In this document: positions 61,669-64,000 of the stretch, piece after piece
Layout: every line of letters starts with the position of its first letter
Position numbering within the stretch: position 1 is the first letter of the stretch
Assembly (NCBI GenBank): GCA_977020255.1
Contig: CDROCS010001561.1
Coordinates: forward strand, 62,001 to 126,000
DNA from: Obrimoposthia wandeli
Taxonomy: Eukaryota
DNA length: 64,000 nucleotides
Reading direction: 5' to 3'
Translations under genes and position numbers: made by a program
Notes under the pieces: generated by a model
What the model was told of the DNA's origin: nothing
What the model saw: only the letters and a program-made list of their open reading frames with translations
Database searches by the model: none

Positions 61669-62535
61669 GATAATATTACAATTGTTATGAGATAAATTTA
61701 AACAGTAAAATGGATAAAGTTTTCATAAAATAAAAGGAGCCGACTGTTCTGATAGATATTGTGGTGTTATGTGTGATAATGTAAACTGTTGTTTCGCTGT
61801 TGATGAAATCAGTATATGATTAGCGATGGAGATAGATCCGATAGATGGAAGTTTCATTATTTGAGCCATCTGAATATATACATATAAAATTATAATAACA
61901 ATCTATTTTTGTTAATCATGATTAACAACATCAATTAGAAAGGAATTGTTTTACAAGATGTTTCTCATCTAGAGTTGACATGGAAACCTAAACAGCATAT
62001 AATCAAAACTACGGATTATACTATTATGATGATCAAGACTAGTATATGTAAAATTATGGGGTGCAAGACACCATTGTTATTTATAACAACACCATTGAAG
62101 TTTAGTATTGATAAAATTCAATCTATTACAATAGTTAAAAATTTTAGAAAATCAATAAATTTACATAAGCTATCATGTAAAGTAGCATGTATGTGTTATA
62201 AATGTTTCTAATAAAGGAGAAGGCACAAAATTCAATTCTATTTGATCTTGATTTGGATAACAATTCAAGCTGCAATAATTCAATTTGTTTAATATTTCAA
62301 TGTTATAATTTGGATAATATTCAATATAGATCTAAAAATAAGTAAAAGCAAAATTATAAATATATTCTTAAATAGTAGTTTAATAATAATAATTTCCGTG
62401 TTATACTTTGTAGAAATTGTCTGCACCAATAAAGCTGCAATAGCAATCATCATTATCCTCATCGAATAAGAACATCGAAATAAAAATCAATGAGTGAGTT
62501 TGTGTGTCAATGATAGTTTGCCAAAGGGAAGTGAT

Positions 62536-62799
62536 AAATCCCCGGCTACACACATACACACACACGCAGCCGGGGATTTTTTCCGCCTGTCCGGATGATA
62601 GGACACTACACACACCGGCCGACTGGGATGACCGAGAAGGATGATGCAGAAGGAAGGTGGAAGAGAGAGGCCGCTGCTACTGGGCGGTAAATCTTTGGAG
62701 GTCAAAACCGCTTTACTTTTTTGTCAGACTTATCTCTGACATTTTTGCCATCTCCCTGACGAGGCCAAGGCAGGCCGAAACGGGTTTATCCCGTCAGAG
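62536..62799. other. GC-rich multi-hairpin island
   Basis: Perfect 12-bp stem aaatccccggct/agccggggattt (62536-62547, 62568-62579) around a CA-repeat loop; tgtcaga/tctgaca; cggg-tttat-cccg; ctgacg/cgtcag. Confidence 0.7.
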
Positions 62800-62825
62800 G
62801 TTGATTAAAATAAATACCTCCCTGA

Positions 62826-63014
62826 TTGTGGGCATTTCAGAATGTCAATTTAAATTGGCATAAATTAATTAATTTCAAAGCCCAACATATGTACGAACCA
62901 GAATTATTTCCAGGTTTTCGATTGAATAAGTTTAACCCATTATGTGTAAATAATTTCTCTATTGGAAAGATTATCATTTTAGATATCAAATCATTGAATT
63001 ACAAACATCAATAA
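62826..63014 (+). pseudogene. TBP (TATA-binding protein)-like fragment inside the Maverick-like region
   Basis: MYEPELFPGFRLNKFNPLCVNNFSIGKIIILDIKSL aligns with the TBP repeat SYEPELFPGLIYRM-x-x-P-x-x-x-x-x-IF-x-SGKVVLTGAK. Confidence 0.75.
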
Positions 63015-63129
63015 AAATCAATAATAAAATATATTGAAAAATGTATGATTGGTTGAAGTTGAATATATATAAACGTAATATAAAAAAAAAATTCATTTCT
63101 CAAAATGGAATACAAAAACTCATTTGTAT

Positions 63130-63845
63130 GTTTTAATTACAGAATGAATACATTAAAAACAGTTGGACTTTTACCTTTTCACTACCAGTATCTATAAGTG
63201 TTGCCAAATTCAACTACAAGCTTTCTGATATTGTAATATCAGATGTAGATGATTTGAACAAAATTTTGAGAAACATGAATATTAAGTATACATCGGAGAA
63301 ACCCTTCTTGTTTATAAAATGGTTTTTCAACCGTTTTGGAAAGAAGATAGACTTTGAAGATGGTCAAGAACGGTTGATTGAAATATCAATACAAGGATTC
63401 AAAAATAATGAAGAAGCCCAAATCAGTTCAATCTGGAAAGTAAATTCTGCTCACCAATGTTTTTTAATATATTTTCTATGACTTGTTCTTATGTTTTTCT
63501 TTACATTTTAACAAAATCTTTAAATCATCGATATTTTTTATTTAATTTAGAATACTATACAACAAGAAGAAACAATATTATTTAATATATGTATAATTGT
63601 GATAGAATCGAAAAACAATATATTTTTCAAGAAAAATCCACGTGATCAAACCATTATTAATTTTGTTGCTAGATAGGCTTATCCTCATAATAAACACTTT
63701 ATTGTTGATTCATTTAATGAAGTTACAAATAAACCACATGGTTATTTCTTTATTGATTTTACACAGGAATGCAATGATGATTTACAAGTATCTACAGATT
63801 TAATTAATTCAATTGTTTATACTGTATATAAACAAATGTCTTAAA
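63130..63845 (+). pseudogene. Maverick A32/FtsK-like packaging ATPase, decayed
   Basis: IFFKKNPRDQTIINFVAR*AYPHNKHFIVDSFNEVTNKPHGYFFIDFTQE matches the Polinton ATPase C-terminus (F-K-N-P-R-D...L-A-R-Q-x-Y-P...A-T-x-K-P-Y-G-Y-L-x-I-D). Premature TAG at 63674; Walker A region degraded. Confidence 0.85.
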
Positions 63846-63859
63846 AAGGTAAATCAAAA

Positions 63860-64000
63860 ATGACTTTTAAAAAGGTTGTTGTTCCACATGAAAAAAGAGA
63901 ATTTAAGAGATTGATTTCCAATATTTCGTTTCAAAGAAAATCCAATCCAGATATTAATATATTGTTAAAGTCGCCATACAATCGTATAATGCGAATTTTA
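63860..64000 (+). CDS. Start of an ORF following the ATPase (MTFKKVVVPHE...), runs off the window
   Basis: ATG at 63860, open to the window end; position and K-K-x-V-x-V-P start recall the ORF that often follows Maverick ATPases. Confidence 0.35.
   Translation, partial: MTFKKVVVPHEKREFKRLISNISFQRKSNPDINILLKSPYNRIMRIL

Overview
AT-rich eukaryotic (most likely invertebrate metazoan) genomic DNA. It is dominated by one large multi-exon + strand gene that enters from the left edge and stops at TGA 57479-57481, with AATAAA at 57657-57662. By hand-splicing GT-AG exons I recover the end of a KIND domain, a low-complexity linker, a complete FERM domain, one PDZ domain and a C-terminal protein-tyrosine-phosphatase (PTP) fold. 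That is the PTPN13 (FAP-1/PTP-BL) architecture. It appears reduced to a single PDZ, and its PTP has lost the catalytic Cys, the WPD loop and the Q-loop Gln, so it is a predicted pseudophosphatase. The introns hold many decayed transposons: Tc1/mariner, pogo/Tigger, piggyBac and LINE fragments, plus a Maverick/Polinton PolB C-terminus. One intron carries a 28S rRNA fragment whose end recurs ~720 bp away in inverted orientation. Downstream of the gene (about 58.7-64 kb) lies a decayed Maverick/Polinton-like region: a PolB N-terminus, an A32-like packaging ATPase, an unexpected TBP-like gene fragment, a hairpin-rich GC island and a probable Ty3/Gypsy integrase relic. Exon boundaries were read manually. 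Transposon coordinates are approximate, and family calls rest on remembered motifs, not database searches. The species cannot be identified from what I can see.
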